From assembly GCF_018350175.1 (NCBI RefSeq), contig NC_058368.1:125490001-125554000 (forward strand): a DNA stretch of 64,000 nucleotides, written 5' to 3'. Below the pieces are notes generated by a model, which saw only the letters and a list, made by a program, of their open reading frames with translations, was not told the origin of the DNA and made no database searches. Of this stretch, positions 24,658 through 37,379 are shown piece by piece; within the stretch, counting starts at the first letter, position 1, and the number at the start of each line of letters is the position of its first letter. A program made the translations under genes and the position numbers. Source of the DNA: Felis catus (taxonomy: Eukaryota).

Positions 24658-24879
24658 TTTTATTTACACATTTTTTAAACATTTATTCATTTTTGAGAGT
24701 GAGAGAGACAGAGTGTGAGCAGGAGAGGGGTAGAGAGAGAGGGAGATACGGAATCCAAAGCAGGCTCTAGGCTCTGAGCTGTCAGCACAGAGACTGATGT
24801 GGGGCTCAAACCCACAAACTGTAAGATCATGACCTGAGCTGAAGTTGGACACTCAACTGACTGAGCCACCAGGTGCCCC
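24658..24879 (-). mobile_element. Can-SINE
   Basis: Full SINE; TSD ttaattata(c/a)tttta. Confidence 0.95.
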
Positions 24880-24894
24880 TTAATTATAATTTTA

Positions 24895-26375
24895 AATAAT
24901 AGGATTAAATTTTTTGAGCAGTTTTAGATTCATAGCAAAATTAGTAGAAAGTATGGAGATTTCCCATATATTCCCTGCCACCACATATGCACATATACAT
25001 AGTCTACCCCTCTATCAGTAGTTCACATCAGAGTGGTACATTTGTTACAATTGATAAATGTACATTGGTAAAGCATTATCACTCATAGTTTACATTAGGT
25101 TCAATACTGATAGTGTACATGTATCCACTATCGTGGTATCATACAGAGTAGTTCCACTGCCTTAAAAATCCTCTGTACTTCACCTATTTATCCCTCTTTC
25201 CTTCCAAACCTCTAATCCTTTTATTGTCTCCATAGTTTTGCCTTTTCTAGAATGTCATATAGTTGGAATCATATAATATATAGATTAGTTTCTGTTTCTT
25301 AGTGATATGCATTTAAAGATGCTCTATGTCTTTTCATGGCTTGAAAGTTCACTTCTTTTTGGTGCTGAATAATATTCCATTGTCTGGATATACCACTGTT
25401 TATTTATCCATTCACCTACTCATGGACATCTTGGTTGATTCCAATTTTGGCAATTATGAGTAAAGCTCTTATAAACATTTTTGTGTAGGTTTTGTGTGGA
25501 CAAAAGCTTCCAACTCATTTGGGTAAATACCAGTGAGTACAACTGCTAGATCATGTAGTAAGAATATGTCTAGTTTTGTTAGAAACTGCCAAACTGTCTC
25601 TCAGTGTGGCTGAACCATTTTGTATTCTTCAGCAATAAAGGAGAATTTTTGTTGCTCCACATTCTTGTCAGCATTTGGTATTGTCATTGTTTTGGATTTG
25701 GGCGATTCGAATAAGTGCGTGGTAGTATCTCATGGTTTCAATCTGCATTTCCCTGATGACATACGATGTAGAGAATCTTTTTGTATGCTTATTTGCCACA
25801 CAAATATCTACTTTGATGAGGTGTCTGTTAAGGTCACCATTGATCTATTAAATTTTTTAAAAATGTTTATTTATTTTTGAGAGAGAGACAGAATGTGAGC
25901 GGGGTAGAAGCAGAGAGAGAGGGAGACACAGAATCCGAAGCAGACTCCAGGATCTGAGCTGTCAGCACAGAGCCTGACGCAGAGTTTGAACTCATGAACT
26001 GCGAGATCATGACCTGAGCCAAAGTTGGAGGCTGAACCTACTGAGCCATCCAGGTGTCTTGTCCATTGATCCATTTTTAAATTGGGTTTTTTTTTTTTTT
26101 TTCTTACTTTTGAGTTTTAAGAATTCTTTGTATATTTTGGATAATAGTCCTTTGGTAGATGTGTCTTTTGTGTGTCTATAGTTCTCTGTTTTATGTTTAA
26201 GTCTGTGATCCATTTTGAGTTAATTTTTGTGATGGGTGTAAAATCTGTGTTTCACCAATTCATTTATTTTGCATGTTGATGTTTATTTGTTCCATCATCG
26301 TTTGTTGAAAATATGGTCTTTTCTCCATTGTATTGCCTTTGCTCCTTTGTTAAAGATGAGTTGACTATATTATGT
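24895..26375 (-). mobile_element. Old L1 (L1MC1/2-like) 3' UTR and ORF2 end
   Basis: gagcagttttagattcatagcaaaatt...cagagtggtacatttgttacaattgat; agaaactgccaaactgtct; decayed GLLSKIYKEFLKL peptide. Confidence 0.85.
25850..26060 (-). mobile_element. Can-SINE inside L1MC
   Basis: Full SINE; ccattgatc(t/c)att flanks both sides. Confidence 0.93.
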
Positions 26376-26596
26376 GTGTGTGTGTATATGACATAAACAT
26401 ACAGTTTTATAAAACTAAAAGTATATATATATATATATATATATAGGACCTACACAAACCTACACAAACATATATACATATATGTATACACACACATATA
26501 CATATGTGTGTATATACACATATACATATATATACGTACATATATCTATATATATGTATATGTGTGTATATACTTATATGTATGTATGTATATATG
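26373..26596. repeat. Compound (TG)/(TA)/(CA) low-complexity tract
   Basis: Alternating purine-pyrimidine runs read directly. Confidence 0.85.
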
Positions 26597-26697
26597 GTTT
26601 TTCTGGTATGGTTCCTGAGTTTTGTGTCCCATTAAAAAAAAGAACTTATGTTATCTTTTAGTTATTTTATGGTGTCATGTTTAAAAATTTTTTTTTA

Positions 26698-26904
26698 GGG
26701 GCGCCTGGGTGGCTCAGTCGGTTAAGCATCCGACTTCAGCTCAGGTCATGATCTCGCGGTCTGTGAGTTCGAGCCCCGTGTCGGGCTCTGGGCTGATGGC
26801 TCAGAGCCTGGAGCCTGCTTCCGATTCTGTGTCTCCCTCTCTCTCTGCCCCTCCCCCGTTCATGCTCTGTCTCTCTCTGTCCCAAAAATAAATAAACATT
26901 AAAA
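26698..26904 (+). mobile_element. Can-SINE inserted into the tail of an opposite-strand SINE
   Basis: Perfect TSD aaaaattttttttta (26683-26697, 26905-26919). Confidence 0.97.
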
Positions 26905-27121
26905 AAAAATTTTTTTTTAATGTTTATTTATTTTTGAGAGAGACAGAGACAGAATGTGAGTGGGTTAGGGGCAGAGAGAAAGGGAGACACAGAATCCGAA
27001 AAAGGCTCCAGGCTCTGAGCTGTCAGCACAGAGCCCGATGCAGGTCTTGAACTCACAAACTATGAGATCATGACCTGAGCCGAAGTCAGATGCTCAACCG
27101 ACTGAGCCATCCAGACGCCCC
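26905..27121 (-). mobile_element. Can-SINE (host of the previous insertion)
   Basis: Outer TSD atggtgtcatgttt / atgttttcatgttt (26669-26682, 27122-27135) brackets both SINEs. Confidence 0.96.
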
Positions 27122-27439
27122 ATGTTTTCATGTTTTTAGGCATGGTTTTAGATTGAGTAGTAATTTGATAAATCATTTTTCAATTGTGCATTTGTAAGAC
27201 AAAAGCTAGAATTCATCAAACTCAAGTCCTTCTCCTGAGAATAGATACTTTATTAATCCATTTCTATTCATTTACCTATGTTTTTCATTCATTGGGAAGT
27301 AATTTTCTGTTAGAGCCATCCAAACATGGAATTGGTTGCTTCTTGAGTACCTCTCTGTCCTGGAGATGTTCACATTGCGACTGTCTCATGAATACTGGAA
27401 AGGGACTCTTTGCTGCACTGGTTGGGGCATATATAGAAC

Positions 27440-27739
27440 AGTAAAATGTAGGTACTTAATTTTACATTTTTAAGTAGCCGTACTTAGGAAAGTGATAAGA
27501 AATAGGTAGAATTAATTTAAAAATATATTCTGCCTGGCTAAATATACCCAAAATACTATTTCAAAACATAATCAAAGTACTATTAATAAGATATTTTATA
27601 TTCCTTTTACATATTAAGTCTTCAAAACCCAGGGTGGACTTTATACTCACAACACATCTCACTTTGGACTAGCCACATTTCAAATGCACAGTAATCACAT
27701 GTAACCTGTGGCTACTGGCTACCACATTGGATATCACAG
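27440..27739. mobile_element. MER33/MER3-family hAT-Charlie element
   Basis: cacatctcactttggactagccacatttcaaatgc...gtggctac...accacattggatatcacag. Confidence 0.8.
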
Positions 27740-27809
27740 GTATAGATAGGATCCATTCCAGTGGTGAGTCTTATTACTAAAGTCATCTACAGAATAGCCC
27801 AGACCATTT

Positions 27810-28050
27810 ATAATATGGCCAAGAGTGGGTGGCTGAAGAAAGGAGACCTAAGCTCTTTCCATAATACCTTACGAACTAGCAGAGTATGGACTTTGCTCTA
27901 CCTCTGCATTTCAGTTTCTTCATCTATAAGATGAAAGTCCTAATACTTACTTCACTCATCTTGCAGAATTGTTGCGAGGTTCATAAGAGATTAAAGGTGT
28001 CAAGGTGCCCTGAAGAGTTGAAAGCACATTAAATGTGATGTCATTGCTTA
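27810..28050 (+). mobile_element. MIR
   Basis: ctctgcatttcagtttcttcatctataagatg core. Confidence 0.6.
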
Positions 28051-28299
28051 CGCAGAGGCAACCATTCAGCAGTGGCTCTGTTCCCAGTCCTGCCACAGGC
28101 TTGTTGAACAGACTTAATCTCTTTATGACTCAGTTTTTCCAACTGTTAAGCAGAGTATACTTGAAAAAAACCCTTTGAAGTGAATGATATAATGGTAACA
28201 GACAAAATAAATTGTTGTAATGGTGTAGTTTCTGGGTGGCCCATCATAGTTCCTCGTTCCTAAAACATTTCAAACTATAAGTGAGACGTGTGAAGAGGA

Positions 28300-28540
28300 G
28301 ACATGTGAAGAGGACAGAGGTCAGATTGAACAAACTCTGGATTGTGGGCTGCTTTAGTTCAAATTTCAGCTTTGTACTGTGCTAATTATGTGATATACTT
28401 TTTATACCTATAAATTGGGGATCTTAATAGTACTTCTTTCAGAGATACTCTGTGAAGTTTAAAAGAACCACTATATATAAGAGACTTCTCACAGAGCCTG
28501 GCACACAGTAAGCCTCAATAAGTAGATATTATTATCAATG
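28300..28540 (+). mobile_element. MIR
   Basis: cctataaattggggatcttaatagtac...cacagagcctggcacacagtaagcctcaataagt. Confidence 0.65.
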
Positions 28541-28574
28541 TTATAGATACTGCCAAGAGATACTACTTATAGTC

Positions 28575-28830
28575 TGTATTAGTTCCCTATGGTTGCTGTA
28601 ACAACTTACTGCAAAGTTGGTGGCTTAAAACAACACATATTTGTTCTCTTACAATTCTGAAAGGCAGAACTCCAGAATCAATTTCTCTGGACTAAAATCA
28701 AGGACTGGCTGGGCCACACTCCCTTGGGAGACTTTAAGGGAGTATCTGTTTCCCTGCCTTTTTAACTTCTAGAGTCTCATTCTCACATTATTTGTTCCAT
28801 CTTCAAAGCTATCAGTGTAGCATCTTCAAA
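28575..28830 (-). mobile_element. MLT1 (C/D-like) partial LTR
   Basis: tgtattagttccctatggttgctgtaacaac...ggtggcttaaaacaacac. Confidence 0.85.
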
Positions 28831-29334
28831 AGTTTAAGGACTATTCCATGTTGGGCCTAGAATTAGCATCAGGGAGAAGAGTACTGCATTCATAACTTAT
28901 ACTTTAGGATTAATGCTACCTGGAGAGAAATCGTACTTTTGAATCATGTTTCTAAGATTGTCTCAAGAATGAAAATGCTACCTTCATGCACTATTGCTTC
29001 AGATACCCAGTGAGAAAGAGCTTTGTTGTTTATCTGTGTTCTAAAACCTGAATGCTAGATCAGAGCACTTCTACAATGTTGCTATGTCTTGTGGAATAAA
29101 AACACTTTTCAAACCACAGTAATGTCATGTTGAAGGAGGGGAGTAATCTGTTCTATTTGATCCTTTTTTTTTTTTTAATGAAAGCTTTCTGCCCAGTGTC
29201 TTTGTTCATGTCTTCCCCAAGTGTTCATTGAGAGTGTCTGAGATAATACCTGAGGTGGTTGTTGACAATATTTTAAACATTTCAAGGTAGTTATGTCCTC
29301 ATTAAGTCTTATCTTTTACAGATTAAGTGACTCT

Positions 29335-30820
29335 TGTTTATTTCAAGTAACACTTTTGACCACCTACTGTATGCCACGCTATAGGTTAAGGCTTAACGTT
29401 GAGTAAGTAGAAAAATAATAGGAGATATAGTAGGATCTGTCCTAATAGAGGCACTCAATGCATATTTGTAGGTGGATCAAGGAACGCTTCACAGAGGAAA
29501 TGACTCTGGGGCTATGTGTTGAAAGATGAGTAGGAATTTATAGGAGGACAAATAGAGTTAGGGAAATTTAAGTAGAAGCATAGAACAGCAAGGAGTTTAA
29601 ACTCATACATGGAGAGGATGAGAGATTTTCCTCCTGAGTACATTCTTCAAAAAGAGGTGCCTTTTCAATAACTTTAAGGTAACTTGCTGACATGATGGTA
29701 ATGTAATGGTAAGACTTTGATGAAAAGACATTAAAGAAACCAAAGAGAAAACAACAGTATGAGACATGTAGAGATGTTTGTATGTTCTGTTTGCCAAGAA
29801 GCAGATGCCAAGATGTGATTAGATAAACAAGAAATTGCTTGGGAGAAGAGCAGAAGGAGCCAGGGGAGTCTTCAGACCAAGATGCAGCTTGAAGGGGAAG
29901 AAGGCAAGAAGGATGCCTGGGTAGGAAGAGTCTCTTACGGCAGCACACTTTCAAGAAAGATTCAGCCAGGCTGATGGGGAGACCTCAGGCCAAATTTTCC
30001 CATTATAGGAGAGCTACATCCCTTTCAGATGGGTCTGTTCCAGAACCCTTGTCCTGAGCAGACTGAGATCAGCTCTCAGAGATTGTGGTTTGTGCATGAA
30101 TGAGGTGTGGATTTGGAGGAGCAGCACCAGGACACTGTCATTTATCTTCCCTGCAGTAGGAGATCTGAGGGGCACATTTTCATGACTACATAGAGGGTAT
30201 GCCTATGAACAATGATCCAGGCCTTACCCATTTGGCCAGCACCTCACACTCCATCAGAATTCTATGTCTGATGGCAGAACTGATTTACAGATGAGTTTTT
30301 CCATGGGAAGTGAAAAGAGTTTGCATGTTTGGATTGCAGAATACATAGAAAAGAGTGACAAGAGGTGAGATTGGCCTTGGAGAAAATCTTCATAGGCTTG
30401 GAGGCCATGCTAAGGAGTTTGGACTTTATCTTCTAGACAATACAATGGGGCTTAGAACAGAGGAACAACTTTATATTTGATTTTTTATAAGGTTATTCTG
30501 CTTATTGTGGTAGAGGTGGATTGCAATAGTTCAAGCACTGGATGTTGAAAGTGAAATAAGTCAGAGAGGTTGAAGAGACAAGTGAATTTATTGCAGAAAC
30601 TGACAGGATCGAGGGGTCAATTGTCAGTAGTGGAATAGATGGTTCAAGGGTGATATCTAGGTTTCTAATTTGGAAGTAGGGATGAACAGATTGTGTCATT
30701 AAGCAATATGGTACATATTGGAAAAGAAACAGATGGGGTGAGGGGAGAGAAGTTAAGTTTTAGACATGTTGAATTACAGGTCCTACCAACTATGTTTCCT
30801 GATATGGTTTCTAGACTCTT
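29335..30820 (-). mobile_element. L2 fragments (29335-29570 and 30310-30820) flanking an LTR
   Basis: ttgaaagatgagtaggaattt; ggccatgctaaggagtttggactttatc; gttaagttttagacatgttgaatt. Confidence 0.7.
29780..30190 (-). mobile_element. LTR16-family (ERV-L) solo LTR
   Basis: ccaagaagcagatgccaagatg start; gcagtaggagatctgaggggcacattttcatgactaca end. Confidence 0.65.
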
Positions 30821-30829
30821 TATGATACT

Positions 30830-32030
30830 GGTAGTTCTCCTCTTGGATATACTCCAGTGCATATCTCAAATGTGTTGTGGATTGCAATAAATCCAGCCCT
30901 GGATGTGATCAGAGCTCAAGGGAATGACAACTACATTTTCTTTTAATGCAGCCTAAGACTGCATTAGCTCTTTTGGCAGCAGGCTCAGGCTGTGGGCTTA
31001 TTTTGAGGTTGTCATCCACTTAAGCCTTGAAGTCTTTTTCCCATGAACTGTTTTCAAGGCAATTCTTTTTTTCCTTTATATTAAATTTTATTTTTTCAAG
31101 TATAATTAACATACAATGTTATATTAGTTTCAGGTGTACAACATATCGATTCAACAATTCTATATATATTACTCATTGTTCACCATGATAAGTGTAGTCA
31201 CAATCTATCACCATACAAAGTTATTACAGTATTATTGACTATATTCCCTATGCTATACTTTTCATCTCCATGGCAACAACCAGACTCTTAAATACAGAGA
31301 ACAAACTGATGATTGCCAGAGGGGAGGTGGGTAGGGGGATGGGTGAACTAGATAAAGGGGAATAAGAGGTACAAACTTACAGTTAAAAATAAATAAGTCA
31401 AGACAATTCTTTATTTTGCAATTGATTTTTAACTTAGGTACAATGTTTTTTATTTAAATTTTATCTTGTGAGTTTCAATACATTATTCTAGCCTATTAAA
31501 AATTATTTTGCAGTGTTGACTTTCTTAGTCTTTCTCTTTGTGATACCTCCAAACTTTGTGATATCTGTATGTTTGAAAAGCATATTTTATCTAATCATTG
31601 ATAGAAATAGAACAGGACTCATTAAAAGCTATGTACCACTCAAGTCTTCCTTCTTATTTGACAGACCTCTACTAGTCAACTCTCTTTGGGAATATATTTT
31701 TAACCACTTTTATCTATTATGATTTTAAGAATATTAAAGTAGACATTGCCAATGTGTTGTTGAACTCAGATTTTCTTTGTCTCCAGAATTTCCTTGGCCT
31801 GACATGTTAGTGACCCATCAGAAGACATGACTTGTCCATAATGAGCCTGGGGTGGTGCTCAGTACTTATGCTTTCTTTGCTAAGTTATAAACTATCTCCT
31901 TAGACATGTACTTCCTGGGATTTTATGTCAGACTCATGAGGATGTCATTTTCATAATCTTCTTTTGCCTCTTTCTGAAAATAAGAACCTTTGACCTTTTC
32001 AAGACTTTTGACCTTTATCCATAGTCTTCT
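30830..32030 (-). mobile_element. L3/CR1 LINE relic, interrupted by an L1
   Basis: ttaatgcagcctaagactgcattagctcttttggcagc...gtctttttcccatgaactg; cctccaaactttgtgatatctg. Confidence 0.65.
31069..31400 (-). mobile_element. Carnivore-type L1 3' end with 5' inversion (twin priming)
   Basis: 31069-31272 is an L1 3' terminus on the minus strand; 31273-31400 is the adjacent upstream L1 segment on the plus strand; TSD tcaag(g/a)caattcttt. Confidence 0.88.
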
Positions 32031-32104
32031 GTACTCATCCTGCTCTCCACTCTCCTCCCCACCCTGAGTTAGTGTCGTAGTTATCATACAGGCAGGTTCC
32101 TTTG

Positions 32105-32330
32105 GAATTTAGTATAATACAGTGATGAAGAATGCAGTTAACCTGCCTAGGCAGCAATCCTGGCTGTGAAATTTCGGCAGCTTATTTACCACTCTTAACT
32201 CTGGTTCCTTATCTGTGAAATATGGCTAAGAATAGTACCTATCAGATTAAGTTGTGATAAAGATTGAACATGTAAAGTACTTAGTTCTTTCCAGGTAGAG
32301 GGTACTCAGTAAATTTAGCTTCGTTATTAC
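32105..32330 (+). mobile_element. MIR
   Basis: ttccttatctgtgaaatatggctaagaatagtacctatc...gtactcagtaaat. Confidence 0.65.
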
Positions 32331-33199
32331 TCTATGATGTCATTTGTCTGGATCTGACACCCTCTTTTCTTAACTATTTCTTCATCCTGTCTTTTCTGAT
32401 TCCCTATTAACCATGGCATTCTCTTCTTTAGAGTTTGACGACTGTTCTTTTTGATAAAGAAAATGAAGTTTTAACTGTGGTGTTAAACCAAAGGAATGTA
32501 GATTTTAATCACATAACTTGGTTTTCTTTTAGCTTCTGTGGTGCAGAATGATTTATTGACCTATTTTCTTTCATTAAAATGGCCTTTTACTTGCATACAT
32601 TTTGGAATTAAATTTTCTCCTTTTGTTTTTTGTCTGTTGGGAATTTTTCTGGTTTGTACATGTCCTGCAATACTGCTCTGGGAGACATTACTGAGTGTCC
32701 TGGAGCAGCGTATAAATGTTTGGGAGTGTCAGTTCCCACATCTCTAAAATGAGCACCCTGGAAGATTTTAGTATATAGTGAATCTACAGACTGTTGGCAT
32801 TCCTGCCATAAGGTCTAGCTATGGGGAAAAGTTTAGCCTCAAGGGTTCTAGAACTAGATTTCTTAGGGAGAAAAATAGCAGGACTTATGGAGCAGGAAGT
32901 TTTTTCACAGAGTATGGGAGTCTCCTGACATTAGGGGCTTGTTACTTCCATAGCACCTCTGTCAAGGAGAGTCAGCGATCATGTGGTTGCTTCTGAAAAC
33001 TGAGGGGAAACAATTAATGGATTCTGTGGAACTCAGAATTAGATTCTGGGAGTTCTCAATATCTAAAACCATTCTCTGTCAGATTTCTGTAAAACCATCT
33101 ATTCGAAGCAAAATTGTTTCCATTTTGTGAATAAATGAATGGTCTTACCCATGAATAAGACAGGTTTCCTGTGTATAAACCTTATTGAAGGGATAGGCT

Positions 33200-33645
33200 T
33201 GTCAAATTAAAACCTGAATTGGACAGATAGTTAAATCAGTCAAAACAGAGTTTATTCAGGACTATTGCAATAGATCGAAAGAGATCTCAGAATAGGTCTC
33301 TCTATATGGGCTCAATTCTAAATACAGCTTGGGCAAATGGGAACATAGAGCCAAGAAGCTTGGGTGGGGTCACTGAATGGAAAAGTACTTAGAGGAAGCA
33401 CCAGGGATAAGGCAGAGGTTCTGGCTAAACTGACTTAACATGATTCTTACTGAATAGATACCGAGGATGGAGAATGAGGAATTTGATCAGATATGGAGAG
33501 TGGAGATTGTCTCTAAATGAAATTAGCCAGATTCTTGCTAAAATTGGGTTCTTGACATGCTCAGGGATAGGGCCTACTTGAAAAAGGTGGCTCAGAGCAG
33601 CCTGACTAAAACTGGCCAAGAAGGAGGTGGGGGCATTGTATCAAG
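33200..33645 (-). mobile_element. MER31/MER67-like ERV1 solo LTR
   Basis: tttattcaggactattgcaatag; ctaaactgacttaaca; gattcttgctaaaattgg; ggctcagagcagcctgactaaa. Confidence 0.7.
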
Positions 33646-35816
33646 CTCTGTAAGAACGCTCCTTTGTCTCAAGGGAGTTTTAATGAATTTTTCCTTTTCC
33701 CATTCCCTTTAATTGTACTTAATATAGGGCTTACAGAATCTGATCACTATGCAGGAAGGCTGGGTAGGGAGGATTCTTTAATTGGTGTAGTATTCATGAG
33801 ATGATAAGGGTTTTTTTTTTCCCCTGTGTGTCTCCAGCCTCCTTTTTCTGGATGATTTTGTGCTGCTGCTTTGAACAAAAACTTGGGAGAAATCCTTGGA
33901 AAATTAGACTATTAAGTCTAAACTGAACTACCAAGGTTCAAGGCGAGATAAGAGACATTAGAAGGAAAACTTACCGAGACTTAAAATCTTTCCTATTTTC
34001 ACTTGGAGGCTTTGTTTAAAGGAAGAAATCAAATACATCTTGTAGAGAAATAAGGAAGTGGTACTTTTCCTTTGTCTCTTCCTGGGATTTATTCAAGGGC
34101 CCCAGGAGAAGTGGAATGTAACAGTCGCCGTAACAATTTAGTTCGTTTAAATGTGCAGGTCTCTTATTTCCTCAGTGCTGCTGTGGTCAGACCCCTTCCC
34201 CCAAAGCCCCAGCTAGGTGTATTGTTAGTGCTCATTCAGAACCCAGGCACCAACTCCTCCCAGTGCTGCTTTATGTAACTGGAATCCTAAAAGTCTTGGA
34301 AATGTGTCATCCCAGCCCAACCCACCTCTACTCAGTAAAATCCCACAGACACCTTTTTACTCTCTCCTTTTAGTTCTCTAGAGGATACATCATGGAGGCC
34401 TTCATTAAAAATGGGTTTTTCTCATTTCTGGGCTTGGATGGGAGCCACCTATTGCCTGAAAAACCTTTGAACTACAAACGGCTTAAGCAGCTTTTGAAGC
34501 TGATTCCTAGAAAATTTGAAAATGATCTTCTATTTCATAGTACCTGAAAACAATGTTTTTTTTTTTAAATGGAGTCTGCCATTTTTGAATGGAAAGGGAC
34601 TTTCATTAGAAAGAAAAAAGAGCAGCTTCTTTTCCCTAACCCTCACCCTGCTCATTTTTTAGTTCCTTAAAAATCCAGAGAACTCTGACTTGTGTGTCTT
34701 TGTTTCTGGGCCTCAGAAACTTGGTGGTAAAAGAAAACAGCTCTATTTGCTGTTGAGGAGAAAGTGAGGGTAAGAAGGCTGCAGAGGCACTTCCCCTAGA
34801 TTCTCTAGAGCCTCTTGAAGAATTGTCTGGCTTCTCAGTTCTTATTTATAAGTCTAAATGGGTGAATGCATGGAGTGAATTTTTCCATTTGTTCTAAGAA
34901 TTGATTAATAAAATACTACCAAGCAGCTCATTTTTCTTCTGATCTTGTCTGCACGGAAAGTACTGATCTAAGTCTGCTCTTCTTATTTTCCTTAACCCAT
35001 AAAAAATGTCAAATAAAATGATAAATAGCAATGATTTCATATCCATTATGAATTACTATTGAGTTAGAGATGAAACTTTGGGGCTTATTTATTTTAGAGT
35101 CTTATGTAGATCATTTATCTCTCTCTACTACCCCTTTTCATAGTAATCTCAATAGACCCCTGTCTGTTACACACCAGTGGGCTGTGTACTTCAGCAACTC
35201 AGAGGAAATCACATATGTAGATGTCATTGTGGATTGTTTAATCAAGATGTTTAAATGGCAAACATCCAGGAAAAAGCAAAACAAGTCAGATAAATTAAGA
35301 AAAACAACCCAACAACCCAGAGAATAATAAATGATTAATGTACAGTGTACTTAGGCAAAAGACTGTTCCAATTTTCAATTCAACTTTGGCCTTTTATTGT
35401 CCTACTTCTGCTTCTTTTATCCTACAAAAGCTATTCTCAGACTTTCAGATAACCGGGTCATTGGATTTCATAGCCCATCCTTGAATACGCTCTCCCATCA
35501 ATGCCTTTATATAGAGGATGAGTGTCATTTAATTGACTTTCATGGAGCCAGACTGTTAGGCAGCCAGTTCAGTACGATCCCATAGCCTGGTGCACGCATC
35601 AAGACAGTGAACCTAAAGTTGGATGCCTACAGTCAGGTTCAGAAAGCCTGGAATAAGCTCTGAACATCAGAGAGATGCCAGCTATATTGAAAAGTTAACA
35701 TAAATTTATTTTATACATAAAAAATATTTAAATGCATATTTATATAAATACATGTATATTTATAGGTACTCCTCCACATTGCAATTAAACTCCTAACATG
35801 TGGATATAATTTACAG

Positions 35817-36040
35817 CCAATAGTTTTCAAGCTATGTTTCATTGAGCCTAGGGACTCTACAGAGGTGTTTCACATGAGCCACTTTATGGGCTGGAGGAGA
35901 CCTTGAGAAGGTGGACTTCTAGGTCCACAAGTTATCTAGACCCTCTTTTATTTGTTTATATTGGGGCTTTGATGAAGTTGGTTTTGAAGAGTTACCTGGC
36001 TCAAATTTTAAAAAAGCACACAGATTTGAAATGTCATTCT
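35817..36040. mobile_element. MER112-like hAT-Charlie MITE
   Basis: caatagttttcaagctatgtttc...gagcctaggg; ttttatttgtttatattgggg; tttgaaatgtcatt. Confidence 0.55.
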
Positions 36041-37379
36041 GGTGTGATCTACTAATTTCTTCCACATAGGATATTGGTGAAAATGTTCTTGTCGGGATGG
36101 TTAGGGTACCCTTTTGGCCCTAGTCTTGCTACTTGTTCTGACTTTCTTTTTCCATGACCCTTTTTGTTGTGCAAGTCTCTTATTCTGCAGAGACTTTTAT
36201 AACATCTGAAGCAACCCTTTGAGGGGATTCTGTCTGCATGGTTTGTCAAGTCACAGTACTTCTTTACCCAAAATATTTGTAATAGAAATAGATGGTAATC
36301 AGACTCCCAACCTTGGGGCAATGCTTTAATTTGCATACTTACTTACAGCTTTATGTTTGCTTCTGGCATTATCATCTTTTGTTCGGACTATCTTTATATT
36401 TATTTACATTCTCTTTCTGATTAAAAAAATAGCAATTGTGGAAAAGTTGGAAAATACCGAAAGCATAGTAGACTGTCTGTAGGATATACCTTGATCTTAC
36501 CTCTTTAGTCCTATTGATGTTATCTTTGACTGAAGAACTTTGCTTTTCACTCTCTGAATTTCCTTTCAAATTCTCTTTCTTGACTGTTGCCTGAACCACA
36601 TTATTTTTACTACATAATTAGAGTAACAGAACTTCCCTTTTCTTTGAAGTTTTAGATCAGACATGGAATTCTCCCATCCACAAGCTGATCCTTTAGTCAG
36701 TCAGCTCTGGTTTACATTCTTTCTTTACTTGTCTATGATTAACCTCTTCACTGCTTTGGCTCTAGTCAAGGCAGTGACCTTTTCCCTTTAATCTTCACCC
36801 ATCCCTCATACCCTTGCATAGTGCATACTCTCTTCTGGATGTTTTGATTTGTCTTTCATCCCTCACTTGACAAATGACTTCACTCTTACTTTCCAAATCT
36901 CTTTGTAGAGTTTTTTCATCAAAAGTAGTGCTGAAAGTGTTTTCTTCCCTTTCTAGTTTAATCTGTGGTTTTCATTTCATTTGCTGTGCTTTCCAATTGT
37001 TTTGAAGTCCATTAAAACAAACAAACAGACAAAAACCGATTTGCGTAAAGTTACAAAAAGATTTATGGGTAGAGTGGAAGCTGGATCCTCATAAGACCAA
37101 GTTTCAGTTCTATGATTTCTCTTCAATGATGGTGCCTCTCATTACTTCCCTAATAGAAAACTAATAAGATCTGAGGGCGACATTTTCATTTGTCCTGAGT
37201 AGTACTGACTCATAAACATTCAGATAATTCATTATGGTTTCATTTCAGAAGAGAACAGAACAGGGTGGTCAGAATGAAGAGTAGACTGCCTCATTCCTCC
37301 TGAAATTTACTCTTTTTGCTTACCTGAGTATTTTCCATTCTTTGGGAAAATACAAATGATGAAAAATTTTCAACTTTTG

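Noticed and set aside
35440..35665. CpG-retaining stretch as a coding exon
   Set aside because: No convincing acceptor/donor pair and no recognised peptide.
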